In this document: positions 41,301 to 54,181 of the stretch, in pieces
Position numbering within the stretch: position 1 is the first letter of the stretch
Layout: each line of letters begins with the position of its first letter
DNA from: the human T2T-CHM13v2.0 reference genome, Homo sapiens
DNA length: 64,000 bases
Assembly: GCF_009914755.1 (NCBI RefSeq)
Contig: NC_060932.1
Reading direction: 5' to 3' (one strand)
Notes under the pieces: model-generated
Told to the model about the DNA's origin: nothing
What the model saw: the letters and a program-made list of their open reading frames with translations, nothing else
Database searches by the model: none
Translations under genes and position numbers: made by a program

Positions 41301-42129
41301 TTGGATAGATAGTGGGAAAGAAGAAAGGAAATATTTGTGATGATGTATTGTGTATTAAATATATATGTGTTTGCCTCTTAAATGCATTTAAATCTTAATT
41401 GCCACAATGACTCTTGAAGGTAGTTACAATTGCTGTGTTTTTACAGACAAGGAAAACAAGGCTCAGAGAAGTTAAATAAGTTCTCCATGCATGGTGAACT
41501 GGTAGGAGGTGGAAGTTGGAGCTGAGCTGAGGAGTATTTGACTCCAAAGAGAATGCTCTTTCTGTTAGAGCTGTCAGACACCTACTGAAGGGATTTTGAT
41601 GGTTTTAATTTTCAAAATTTTCCCTTATTGGGATTTCCTAACTTTTCCATAAATTTCATACCATTAACATTTAAATGTACCTTAAAAAACAAACACAGTA
41701 TTCACCTGGCATGCCTGTTGCTCAGACTCGTGAGCCTAGTCTGTAATTGCCTATGTCGGACCTTGAGGCTTTTTGGAAGGATGGCTCTATTCTCCTGAAA
41801 TACCTCTTCTCCTAGCTGGAGGATGCCTAAAAATCTTTTAACAAGGGAAAAACCTTCCATTTCATAACTAGAAAGAGAATCTTCACATTCCTCAAGCCCA
41901 GTTGTGTTCTTGATGTTCCAAATCCTTGCCACAGCACTCCCATACACTTATCCATACTCCCCTCTCTAAAGGAGAATTCTCTCTATTGCATGAGGCAGCC
42001 ATAGTCCATGGTTTGGTGAACTTTTCCTTGGATTGAGCTGAAACTTGTCTCCTAATTCTGTCCTTCTATGGAATGTACTTATCCTTCTTCTTCTGGACAG
42101 CCCTTGTAAGTAGGTCGAGATGGACACTA

Positions 42130-42625
42130 TGTTTGCAGCAGCAGAGTCTCCTGGTTGCCTACCCAATATCTAGTCTATCTTTCGCCTTAAAAACAGTTCT
42201 CAAATTTTATTCAGGAGTTTGATGCTCCTAATTAAGGAATACATCTCCCAATCTCCCTAGCTAGCTGGGGCAATTTAAATTCTGGCCAAAGAGATGTAAA
42301 CAAAAGCTGTTGGGTAAGAGTTCCAAGAAAATTCCTCAAAAGGGGTTGATAGCTGATCCTTTCCCCTTCCCCTCACCCCTCCTGGTTTCTTTCCATTTTC
42401 TGACTAGAATGGAGAAGTGATAGCTGGAACTACAGCAGCCACACGCGGCAACCATGAGGATAGAAGCCAGTGCCAAGGTTGGCAGAGCAGAAAGGTAGAA
42501 GGAACCTGAGTTTGTAATGTCTGGAGCAGCTATGCACACGTGCATGCTTTTTCCATTGAGATTAAAAAAAAATTATTTTTTGAAAATAAAATAGTATTAT
42601 TTCTGGTCATTTTTATAAGCAGGCA
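42130..42625 (+). mobile_element. MLT1J/K-like LTR
   Basis: ttctggccaaagagatgtaa...gtgatagctggaactacagcagcca...ggcagagcagaaaggtagaagg. Confidence 0.65.
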
Positions 42626-44984
42626 AATGAAATTCTTGATGCTCAATCTTCTCTGCCTCAGCATACACATCCCTAGTTCTCTCAGGAGTCCTCCTGTGAT
42701 AGAGCTCAAGTCCTCTCACCCTTTGGACATTCTCCTGGAGCTGTTCCAGTCTTCCCTGGGGTCTCTGCAGAATGATGCTCTACACTAAACACAATAAGGC
42801 TTAAAGGGCAAGTAGCTCAGGATGCAGAACTCACGTGATGCATCCAAGACTGGGCTGCCTGTCTTTTGTCTGTGCACCTTGGCCTTGTTCCCTTCCCTTT
42901 ACATTGGTACTTACATTCATAGGAACAAGAGCTGACCTCCACTGAGAGCTTTCTATGTGCCAGGCACCGAAGCAAGCATTTGACATATGTTATCTAATTT
43001 AACTCTGATTTAGCATTTCTCCTGGTATGCCTGACATCCCCATTAGTCTGTGTGTCCTTGGGGAACAGCAACCTTACCTTGTTCTTTGCTATTTTGCCAG
43101 CGCTTGGCATAAGGCAGTTGTGTGTTAAATGCATGTTGAACAGAAATGAATTAATAGCAAGGTGAACTTGGAATCAGGCAGCCTGCTTTTAAATCCAGCT
43201 TTACCACTCACTGGCTTAACCCCTTAAGACACCTAATCTCTCTGAGCCTAATGTGAAGAGGGGATAATGAAACCGAACCTGCAGAGCTGTTACGCTGATC
43301 AGAGGAACCCGTGTGTGAAAGGGCGAACATATGTCTGATGAAGAGCAGGCTTTTGGTATGGGGAGGAAGTGAAAACCCAGGCGTGTTTGTCCCAAAAAGT
43401 GGGAGGTAGCAGAGAGAAGAGTACCAGAGAGAGGTTGGGAAAAGCAGGAGAAGGCAGGAGGCCTGGCAGCAGGTCTCAATCTATGTCACCTTTCTCCTTT
43501 CAGCTGGCCCCGCCTCCAGGTGTCTGTCCTGCAAGGCCAAGGGGTCCAGGGGAGGCCAGGAAAAGAGGCAATGCTTGTTGCCTACAACCATCGGGATCTC
43601 TGACCTGGACGAGAAATGCCTTCACATGCATGAGTCCGTGTTCACAGAGACGATGAAGATAACATGTAAGAGCAGACTTTAGCAGAGATGACAAGGAGCA
43701 AATGAAAGGCTTATTTCTATCCCGTAATTCAGCAAGTCCTCCCTGACAGTCCCTGCCAAGGTCTTCCCTTCCACACTGTAAGCTCCTCAAGGGCAATGGA
43801 CTGTGTTTCTGTTTGTCAGATGTATATTGGGATCCAGCACCGTGACTGGAACATAATTGGTGCTTGATAAATACTTCTTAAAACACATAGTTGTATGACC
43901 CCAATCAGTCCATGGGGATGGATGGTGTAAATTCAACTCAACAGCTTAATTGAATGTGAAGAGTCAATATAATTATGAGTAAACAACTGTTCTTCTTCAG
44001 ATATTAAGGTAAAGGGGTAAGTGGGTGGGGGAAAGAACTCATAGTCACTGAAATTTTACTATATAGCAGGCAGTTTACTAGGTGTTTTATTATTGATTAT
44101 TTCACTTATATACCAATTTATATACAATACCATTATCTAATTTTTACAGATAAGGAAACTGGTGCTTTGAAGGAGTAAGCAGTCTGACCAAGCTCAAATA
44201 GAGTCATCTGATTCCAATGTCCATAACCATGTAATTGGTGTTTACTTCAACTATTCTGAACTAGCAAACTAGCTCCCTCCTGCCATTTCTTCTCAGACCC
44301 AGTTCTGTTCTTCTTCCTATCAACTCAAATATTAGAGGTCCCAGCATAACTTGCACCTGAGCCTGACCAAATATTAACAAAAACATCAACTCCCAAAACT
44401 TATTGATTTATTTCAATTTTGCAAATATCTGTATAATAATGGTAATGACCATTAGTTGATTTTCTACTATATAGCAAGAACTTTACACACTAGCTAGCAT
44501 CTTGGATTCTTTATAAAACTTTGTTATAAGAGTACTAGTCTCCCTATTTAACAGATAAGGAAATTGAAGCTCAGAGAGGTTAAGTCTTGACCAAGATCAC
44601 ACAGCCTCAGCCTTGCACAAACTCCCATACCTATGCTTTTCTTGCATTACCGTTCTGCTTGTGTTAAACCCTGCTGGTATAAAAAGGTAAGCAAGGTAGT
44701 CCCTATCTCCATGGATCTTACTCTCACATTGGGACACAAGCTGAGCCCCTGCTTCTGTGTACTGCCTCTTCTGCCTCATTCTCTTATAGCAACCCTGGGA
44801 TGACCGGGGGTCTTCTCACCTCTACTCCCCAAACTTCCCATCCTCCAGGCCCCTCTCCCCCTAAATTCCAGCCCTGACATTTATTCATCATATGGTCATG
44901 GGATAAGCCACTTCATTTTTGTTAGGCTCATTCTCTTCATCTGTAATTAGGGGCATTGATATCTACCTGACAGGTTTTGAGGTG

Positions 44985-45558
44985 TGTCAGGTTGTATTTT
45001 TCAAAGATGCCAGCACCTACATATACCATGCCATGTGCTTGTCCTATGATGTGAATTTGACACTCCTTCATTGAAAGGTGAGGTCCATGTTTCCCTTCCT
45101 TGAACTTTACTGGACATACGGGACTTGTTGACCAAACAGACTGTGACAGAACTGACTGTGTGGCTTTTGAGGCTAGGTCATAAAAGGCAATACAACTTCT
45201 GCCTGGGACTTTGTCTTGGGATATGCACCCGGCACCTCAGTAGCCCTGAGATCACCTGTAGGAAGTCCTGAAGCCACAAGTAAGAGACAGCATGAGGAGA
45301 AATCACATAGAAATATGGAGGGACATGGGAAGAGTCCTTGGCTGTTTGAGTCTTCCCAGTCCAGGAGACAAGTGAGAAAAAGAGCTTTCAGAAGATTCCA
45401 GTCCCAGCTTTCAAGCTGTCCAGCTGACACCAAACGGAACAGAGATAACTGTTTCTGCTGAATCCTGCTCCATACTACATATTCAGCCGCAAATTGTTGT
45501 TGTTTGAAGCCACTAAGTTTTGGGGTGGTACCTAGCACAGACAGAGCATTAACTGATA
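44985..45558 (+). mobile_element. MLT1F-like LTR
   Basis: gaggctaggtcataaaaggcaatacaacttctgcctgg; tttgaagccactaagttttggggtgg. Confidence 0.8.
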
Positions 45559-45871
45559 TGAAGCAATTAATTCCTAAGCAATTCCTACTGTGCTTAGGAA
45601 GTTGGTGCTAAGGTCATCTGAGTAAGTCAGGATTAGAACAGCCTCAGGATCATGAAACTCAGGCTTCTGGTTTTTAGAAATCAATATCAGAGTTTTTCAA
45701 GTTACTTAACTCCTAGGAGGTAGGTTTTAACCAACTTCAAGAGCTACGAGCTCACAGGAAGGTAAAACCCGTTTAAAACACACTATAATTTTCATGAGAC
45801 TATTAAAAAAATTGAGCATATGCTTAATGTTTTATGGCTTCCAAAAACAATACAAAAGTCTTTCAAATGAA

Positions 45872-45874
<3 letters not shown>

Positions 45875-45912
<38 letters not shown>
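45875..45912. repeat. (GT)19 microsatellite
   Basis: Seen directly. Confidence 0.97.
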
Positions 45913-45916
<4 letters not shown>

Positions 45917-46454
45917 ACTGTCTAGAATCCAAATCCTTCCCTAACTTAGTTAACCTAAGGAAAATTATTTTGTTCCATTGAACCCCGAGGCAAAGAAAAT
46001 TGCTAGGCTAGAGAAATGGCCTCTGGTCACAGGCTTTGAAAAGTAACACCAGCCAGAGATTATTGAGTAAATTAGGGCAGTATTTTCCCCTCAGTGACTT
46101 GCCTGTCTTTCCATCTAGGTCTTGGTTATATAGAATGTACAGTTGACTTCAGATTTGATGAGTCCTAAGTGTCACGGAGTGATGAGTATACACTGGAAGT
46201 CAAGAAGCTAAACAGTTGGATGTGCTCAGAGCATCAAGGCATTGTTAGAACTAGAAGGATATTCAGGGATCCTATAGTTAAAGCCTTTTGTTTCTATAGG
46301 GGAGAAGTTGGAAGCCATGTGAATGAATGTGATATACAGAGCTGGTTACAGAGCAGAGAGGGGAACTGAGGAAGTCTGACTTTTCTGAGACACCTGGCAG
46401 CCTACCAGTTGCCATTACTCTTTTCCAACTTGCCTTCAAAGTATTTAAATCCCG

Positions 46455-47000
46455 CCAGAAAGCTGTAAGCAGATCTTAAATGTTCTCACCATAAAATGGA
46501 GCCAAAAACAAACAAAAAACAGTGACTGGCCGGGTGAGATGGCTCACGCCTGTAATCCCAGCACTTTGGGAGGCTGAGGTGGGTGAATCATGAGGTCAGG
46601 CGTTCGAGACCAGCCTGGCCAACAGAGTGAAACCCCGTCTCTACTAAAAATACAAAAAATTAGCTGGGTGTGGTGTGGGTGCCTGTAATCCCAGCTACTT
46701 GGGAGGCTGAGGCAGGAGAATCGCTTGAACCTGGGAGGGGGAGGCAGTGAGCTGAGATCATGCTATTGTACTCCAGCCCAGGTGACAGTGTGAGACTCTG
46801 TCTCAAACAAAACAAAATAAAACAAAACGACAACAACAACAACAAAAACAAAAAACAGTGACTATGGGATGTGATAGCTGTGTTAACTAACTACTTGATT
46901 GTGGTAATCATTTCACAATATATATCAAATCATCATGGTGTATAACTTAAACTTACACGATGTTATTTGTCCATTATCCTTTAACAAAACTGAGGAAGAA
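46455..47000 (+). mobile_element. L1MA/MB 3' end, split by an Alu
   Basis: agatcttaaatgttctcacca before and cttgattgtggtaatcatttcacaat after the Alu. Confidence 0.8.
46528..46845 (+). mobile_element. Alu (AluSg/Sx-like)
   Basis: Full dimer with (CAAAA)/(CAA)n tail; TSD aaacaaaaaacagtgact. Confidence 0.95.
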
Positions 47001-47073
47001 AAAGGACTAAAGTAAAGAGTCAATGAGGCAGAGAAATTTTTGCAATGTTTTGTGAAATTCAAAGTCATTCAGA

Positions 47074-47228
47074 ATATCCATTTCACTTACTTAACAATTT
47101 TTTTGTGGTGATACATTTGAAATTTACTCTCAGGTTTGATCATTCTACATTGTACATATATATCAAAACAACACATTGTACTCCACAAATGTAATACAAT
47201 TATGATTTTTCAATTAAAAATAATATTT
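47074..47228. mobile_element. Short 5'-inverted L1MA 3' end
   Basis: About 47074-47130 is antisense L1MA 3' UTR and about 47133-47225 is the adjacent sense segment; flanks aaagtcat(t/c)c. Confidence 0.75.
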
Positions 47229-47308
47229 TTACTTAAAAAGTCATCCTGCAGCCTGGAGGGGTTGATTTGTAAAGCCTGGGTTTCAAATACAGGAGGTGGA
47301 TAGGGTGG

Positions 47309-47309
<1 letters not shown>

Positions 47310-47356
<47 letters not shown>
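47310..47356. repeat. (TG)n microsatellite
   Basis: Seen directly. Confidence 0.97.
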
Positions 47357-47360
<4 letters not shown>

Positions 47361-47863
47361 TGGGTGGAAGGTAGACTGGATGGTCAGATATGGATATGAT
47401 CAATGTTAAAGCTGACAACTGAAAGATGAGCTGTTGTTTGCCAAGCAGGGGAGTAGAATGGCGGTCTTTTTGGCACTGGTAGCTACTCATGACTTGCTGG
47501 AGTGGAGAGTGTGGTAGAGGTCTCACTGAGAAAACGAGCAAGGGGCAGTTCTGTCCCCTGCTGATCTTTGCTGGCTCAGGTTCCATTTTGGTCACATCCT
47601 TCTATCAGAGATAAATATTGATTGATGAGTTCTTAACTTTTCTCTTTGCTGTTGTTTAAATCTCAATTTCCAAAGTATAGGATTGTTCTGCTCCAATCTT
47701 TAGCCTTTAGAACCCATGTTCCTTGAGCTCTGGTTAGCTGATCTGCCAACCAATGAGGACAAATTCCAGAAACTCCTTAGGCTCAACCCTTCTTTAAAAA
47801 TTTCTGCCATGTACTAATTTTTTTCTGTGACCTTGCAACCAACTTAATGTCTGTGGGTATATG

Positions 47864-47865
<2 letters not shown>

Positions 47866-47899
<34 letters not shown>

Positions 47900-47905
47900 C
47901 GTGCA
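47866..47905. repeat. (TG)n(CGTG)n microsatellite
   Basis: Seen directly. Confidence 0.95.
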
Positions 47906-48137
47906 GGGTGTTTGCAGGGTGGGAGAAGGATATATCTTTGTCACTTTCTCCCTACGATATAATAGGTACAATTCCTCAACAATAACACAACATTTCTTTG
48001 ATTTTAAGACATATTAGTAAGACACATCATCATTTTATTAACCTTTTTTTAGAGGTAAAAATACATACAATGCACTGTTGCATATGCTTTTTAATACTAA
48101 ATCTCATCTAGATTCCAAAGCTTTAAAATGGCCTAGC

Positions 48138-48440
48138 TGGGTCGGGGCGGTGGCTCATGCCTGTCATCCCAGCACTTTGGGAGGCCAAGGCTGGTGGATC
48201 ATTTGAGGCCAGGAGTTTGAGACCAGCCTGGCCAACACAGTAAAAACCTGCTTCTGCTTAAAATACAAAAAAAAAAAATAAGCCAGTGGGATGCGGCTGT
48301 AATTCCAGCTACTCAGGAGGCGGAGGCATGAGAATCGCTTGAACCCAGGAGGCAGAGGTTGTAATGAGCCGAGATCACGCCACTGCACTCCAGTTTGGGT
48401 GACAGAGTGAGACCTCATATCAAAAAAAAAAAAAAAAAAA
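48138..48440 (+). mobile_element. Alu (AluS-type)
   Basis: Full dimer plus poly-A. Confidence 0.94.
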
Positions 48441-48504
48441 AGTCTAGTTGAGGAAAATTTGTAATATGATCAGGTGAAATTTTATGAACACTTATTGTTT
48501 GCCC

Positions 48505-49019
48505 AGCTAGATTAGCTAGCTAGCCCCAAAAGATGTCCATGTCTTAGTTCCTGGAACCTGTGAGTTAGTTTTACCTTATATGGGGGCAAAAAGGATCTTG
48601 GCAGATGTGATTAAGTTAAAGATGTTGAGATGGGGAGATTATCTTTGATAATTTGGGTGAATGCTAAGTGCAGTCACATATATCATTACAAGAGGGAGGT
48701 AGAGGGAGATTTTACACACAGAGGGGAAGGCACTGTGATCATAAAGGCAGAGAGCAAGGTTTGAAGATGTTGGCCTTGAAAATTGAAGGAATGTGGCCAC
48801 AAGCCAAGGAATGCTGGCAGCCACCAGAAGCCAAAACAGGCCAGGGACGAATTCTCCCCTAGAGCCTCTGGAGAGAGCACAGCCCTGCAGACACCTCCAT
48901 TTTGGCCCAGTGATATGGATTTCAGACTTCTAGGACTGTAAGAAAATACATTTCTGTTGTTTAAAACCAAGTTTGTGGTAATTTGTAATTTGTTACAGCA
49001 GCCACAGGAAACTAATACA
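48505..49019 (+). mobile_element. MLT1C-like LTR
   Basis: ccccaaaagatgtccatgtc..tggaacctgtga; ccacaagccaaggaatgctggcagccaccagaagc; ends gcagccacaggaaactaataca. Confidence 0.88.
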
Positions 49020-49089
49020 GCAGCCCTGTGCTAAGCATCTGACATACACACATCATCTTATTTAAACCTTAGAACAGTCCTTGTTAGCA

Positions 49090-50025
49090 GTGGCAGCATA
49101 TATATACGCATTGTTCTAGGTGCTGAAGATATATAGATGAATGAAACAGACAATTTCTGCCCTTATTGAGTTACAAATAGACAAGACGACAGAGTATATG
49201 CTCTGAAGCTATATATTTAAGAGACATGCAGGATAAAAGAAAAGTAGGTCATGGAGCAGGTATAATTTTTGGCCAGGGAATGTCTCTTTCTGAGGAGATG
49301 ATGTTGCTCAGAGACCTGAAGAAAGTGAGGGAATGAGTGTGGAAAGATCTGGGGGAAGGATGTCCTGGCCAGAGGGAACAGCAAACATGAAGGCTTTAAA
49401 GCAGGAACAGACTTGGAGCATTTGACAGCAGGAAGAATGCCGGTGTGGGGGAGCCGAGTGGGCAAAGTGGCCTCACAGGTGATGAGTTTGGTGCAGGAAA
49501 CTGCCTATTGCATGGCAGTAGTGACACCATCTTGAAGAGAAACCACCGTGATCACTGACGGTTGACTCCCACGTACCAAGGTGTTCTGCATTAAGCTCTT
49601 TAAACAATGCCAGTAGCAGATAACCCTTCATAAATATGCTTATCTAAGCTCCCCAGTGGTCACAAGTTGTGGCAAGAAAGTCTGAAGATGTGACCAGCTG
49701 CATGTTTTACCCTAAAGTCTTGCTATATAAAGAATACTTTCTGGAGGGCGGGTGCAAGTATCCACCATTTTGTGGCCCTCCAAGGCTTCGGTTCTGTATA
49801 TAAGTCCTTAGTAGATATTTCTTCCGAGGAACTGGATTTGTTAGCCTCTTTCCTCGGCCTCTCAGCTCCCTTGAGGGTAGGCTTGCATAGGCCTGCCCAC
49901 CACAGAACAGTCGGAGAAAGGCACAGAGTCAAGTCCTGTGGGGCACAGTGTAGACCCTGGAGGAAAGTTGGAACTTGCTGCGAGAATAATGGGAAGCCCT
50001 AGGAGGGTTTTGTGCAGGCGATTTG
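49090..50025 (-). mobile_element. L2a-like, antisense, split by an LTR
   Basis: tgttctaggtgctgaagatata...ccagagggaacagcaa; resumes gagaataatgggaagccctagggagggttttg. Confidence 0.75.
49492..49909 (+). mobile_element. LTR47-like solo LTR
   Basis: TG...CA termini; ttgcatggcagtagtgacaccatcttgaag matches recalled LTR47; TATA-like gctatataaa at about 49722. Confidence 0.7.
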
Positions 50026-52589
50026 TAAGCTGGAGAGCTCTTTAGGGTAAGGACTATGTCTTCTTATGTTCTCCCACAGCTGAGGTGAGCTCACAGTCCA
50101 AAAAAGCAAGATGCACCCTGAAATCTATGATGGCAGAAGGCGAGAAGAAAGAAGGGGAAGGGTACTGGGACTGCGTGAAGCTGCTCTCTGGCCCCTATTC
50201 CAGCTTTTCCGCTCCTGACCTCATTTTTTCCTCATTTTACTGCCGTGACTAAGCAGCGAAGAAATGATATCTTCTATTTTAAGACAGGAAACCGAAGCAA
50301 AGAGAGGTTGACTCACTTGGCCAAGGTCCCTGCACTGATTATGACAGGGCCCAGATGGGGACCTAGGCTTCCCGACCCCTGGCTCAAGGCTCTCTGAAAT
50401 ACCCAGAGTCCTCCTAAGGGAAGCTGCCTCCACCCTTCCTGACTCTGAAAGCAGCAATCCACAGGGGTTGGAAGGCCCCTAGGTCTGGATGTTCCAACCA
50501 GAGAAGCCACTGTAAACCACTTCTGAGCAAACAGAAATGAACACTCTCAGGGACCTGGCAGACTAAATAAAGAGTGTTACCACTGGGTATCACCCACAGC
50601 GGAACCATCTGCTTCACAGAGCAGCCGAGAAAGATGTTCACGTGGCACCGTGCAGTGCTTGTTAGGAGTTTCTGCGGAAGCCCGCTGGGAGACCACCGCT
50701 CTGCTCACATGTGGAGGCTGCTAGATTCATACCACAGCAGAAACGAATCTAGGTCCAAGACCTCAGGTGTGACCAGAAATGTAACTTTTTTTTTTTTTTC
50801 TCCTACAAGGGACTCTAGTTTTGATTTCAAGTTGCTGCTAGGTTTAAGTGCAGAAAAGATAATTTCAGTCCACTTGGGCGTTGCTGTCTGGGGATGCATC
50901 TGAGCTCTGGGAGTTTTGTGGAGGAGGCACCTGGAGCCCGGTGGTGTCCTGGCTGCAGGCTGACATTCCCCCTAGAGCCTCAGTCATTTGTCCATTGCTC
51001 TGTCCTCTCTCGTGTCTGACCATGAGTCAGTCCTCCTTTGACCCTCTGGATGGGAGAATATTCTACCATTCCCTGACCCACTGTAGTGTAAACGAAACAC
51101 CATTTCTGGTCTAATTCTGCTGTTCTCACAACAGACTGAGGCATGGGGGGCCCTGTGAGGCTGCCATAAGGTATATCTAGATCTACCGTACAGGCATGTC
51201 TTCTGGTCCCACGCCATTCTGAGCTTGGGCTTGGGGACAGGCTTGTGGCTCCACAGACTCTGCCTTCTCTTGACTTCTCTAAACCTATTTGCGGGGGCTC
51301 ACCCACTCCCTGGACTCCTGGCTGGGATGGGGATGGGATCCACATCTCCTTATTTCTTCTGTCTTTAACCTGGTCCAGGCAAGCTTCTTGTGGTCTCAGA
51401 AAACCCAAAGCATAATAGTCCATCCTCACTACACTTTCTTCTAACTCTCTTGTTTCGAGAGTTAAGGCTTTAAAAACGGAAAACCCAAAATCGTATCTTC
51501 TGTTCTGGCCGCATTCCTCTGGGTCATTTCTTCCTTAAGCCAAGGAACACTGAATGTTGTGCCTGCTGCTTAAATGCAGGGAAAGGAACACGGGGTACAA
51601 GGAAATATGAGGACCACAATATAAAACAAAATAAAACCATGTTAATCTTCCAAGATACTAACTCTTCCACTCCATTATATGCCAGTGTTGGAAACATCTG
51701 CTTTGAAGTCAGGCAACCTGGTTTGACTCCTAACTGCAAGGCGCTTCGTTTATCAACTGGGACACACACATAAACCTCTGGCTCTCATCTATAAAATGGA
51801 AGTAATTATTCCCCTGTGATGAATTATTTTGAGAATTATAAAAGGCAATGTCTGTTAAGCTATTGATACACTGCTGGGTCATTATCATTACCATCACACC
51901 ATCTGACCAGGTTTCCAGTTTGTTGAAAGTCTTTGGTGTTTATAATTTCTATTACCTATATTGTTCATACCCTCTTGCTAACTGTGGCTTTGCTTAGTTT
52001 TCTGGCCTCTTTCCCATCACTTCCTCCCCTGTCTTCTGAGTTGGATGTTGTTATTTAGATGAGATCATTCACACCTCTCGATGTTTGCTCACTCCACCTG
52101 GATCATCCTTCTGCCTCTCTGGGTACCTCTCCAAGGGCCCCCTTCCTGTGTCCTACCAGCATCCACTCACCACGGCAGGTCCACTCCCTTTGTGCTTAGC
52201 TAAAATGTCATCTCTCTGGAGAAGCCTTCATGATCCTCGTTGGATGCTTCCATAGTGTTCTGGACAATCTTATGCTAAGATTCTTTTCATATTGTACCAT
52301 CATGTTTTTAATCCTGGGCCTGACACATGGGAGACACTTGGTAAGGTATACCTTTGTCGACTTACACAAATGATACAATCTGCGGCATATCTGGCTGTAT
52401 CCGTGAAAAACATATTTTACACCAGGCTCTATTCAGGTTGGTTCCCAAACACGAGGGATTAGATTTCTGATTCTCATTTTTTCCTTTTTATAGGTTGTGG
52501 TTTAAAATTAAGAATCTTTTATTTTAATTTTTAAAACCATTACAGTTTATTCTTGATTCCTACCATTGCTTTTTAAAATTCTTCTTTTT

Positions 52590-52737
52590 TATTTAGACTC
52601 TTTTTTTTTTCTTTTGGTATAGAGACGAGGCCTCACTATGTTGCCCAGGCTGATCTCAAACTCCTGAGTTTAAGTGATCCTTCCACCTCGGCCTCCCAAA
52701 GTGCTGAGATTACAGGCATAAGCCACCATACCTGGCA
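52590..52737 (-). mobile_element. Alu monomer (FLAM_C/AluJ left arm), antisense
   Basis: Reverse monomer; 21-bp flanking direct repeat tgattcctaccattgcttttt at 52554 and 52738. Confidence 0.9.
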
Positions 52738-53017
52738 TGATTCCTACCATTGCTTTTTGCTTTCTCCATAAATCATTTCTCTCCTCCTCACTGAGAGCGC
52801 GGCTCCGGAATTAGCAGGCTGCTCAGTCACTTTATCATGTAACACCCAGCTACAAAGCAAATCAAATACTGCTGGCAGGTTCTGCTTGATGAGAAAATAT
52901 TTATTATGTTGGAGCTCTGGTTTGGAAGCCAGTTATCACTTACTAGCTGTGTTTTAATATTGTGTTGTTTTTCCATTATTGCTTTAGCTGCTGGAAGGAA
53001 ATCCCAATGGCCTCAGA

Positions 53018-53036
53018 TACTGCCACCTGGCGGTGA
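53018..53036 (-). promoter_or_regulatory. Candidate CTCF binding site
   Basis: tactgccacctggcgg; its reverse complement CCGCCAGGTGGCAGTA fits the core CCRSYAGRKGGCR; lies in non-repeat sequence. Confidence 0.6.
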
Positions 53037-53499
53037 AGTGAAATGATAACCAGTTTTTGAGCAAAAGTAGGTTACTGAAGGTCAAACATGCTTGCTGGGG
53101 AATTGCAAAGAGGGGAAGCACCATACCATTTTTGTAATGCTTGTGCCATGCCAGTAACTTTGTGAGTCACGCACCAGCTCATCTAATCCCCACTATGGCT
53201 CTACAAGGGAGATGCTATGGTCTCGTTTCACAGATCGGGAACTGGAGGCTCTGAGAAATTGACTTGCAAGAGGGCTAAGGTTTGGGAGATTCACACCTGG
53301 AAGCATCTGACCCCAAAACCCATGCTCTTTCTACCATTCCTGATGATCTCCTATAGATAGAGCCAATCATCTACCATCTGGAAAATTTAGATTCACCTCA
53401 AATCTTTTCCCCTTTGGAGACATAGGGGTAAATAAATGGTCAGTAGATTCAGATATCAGCTAAGATGCTCTTTAGAAGAGAAATTAGGTTGGTTTCCTA

Positions 53500-54181
<682 letters not shown>

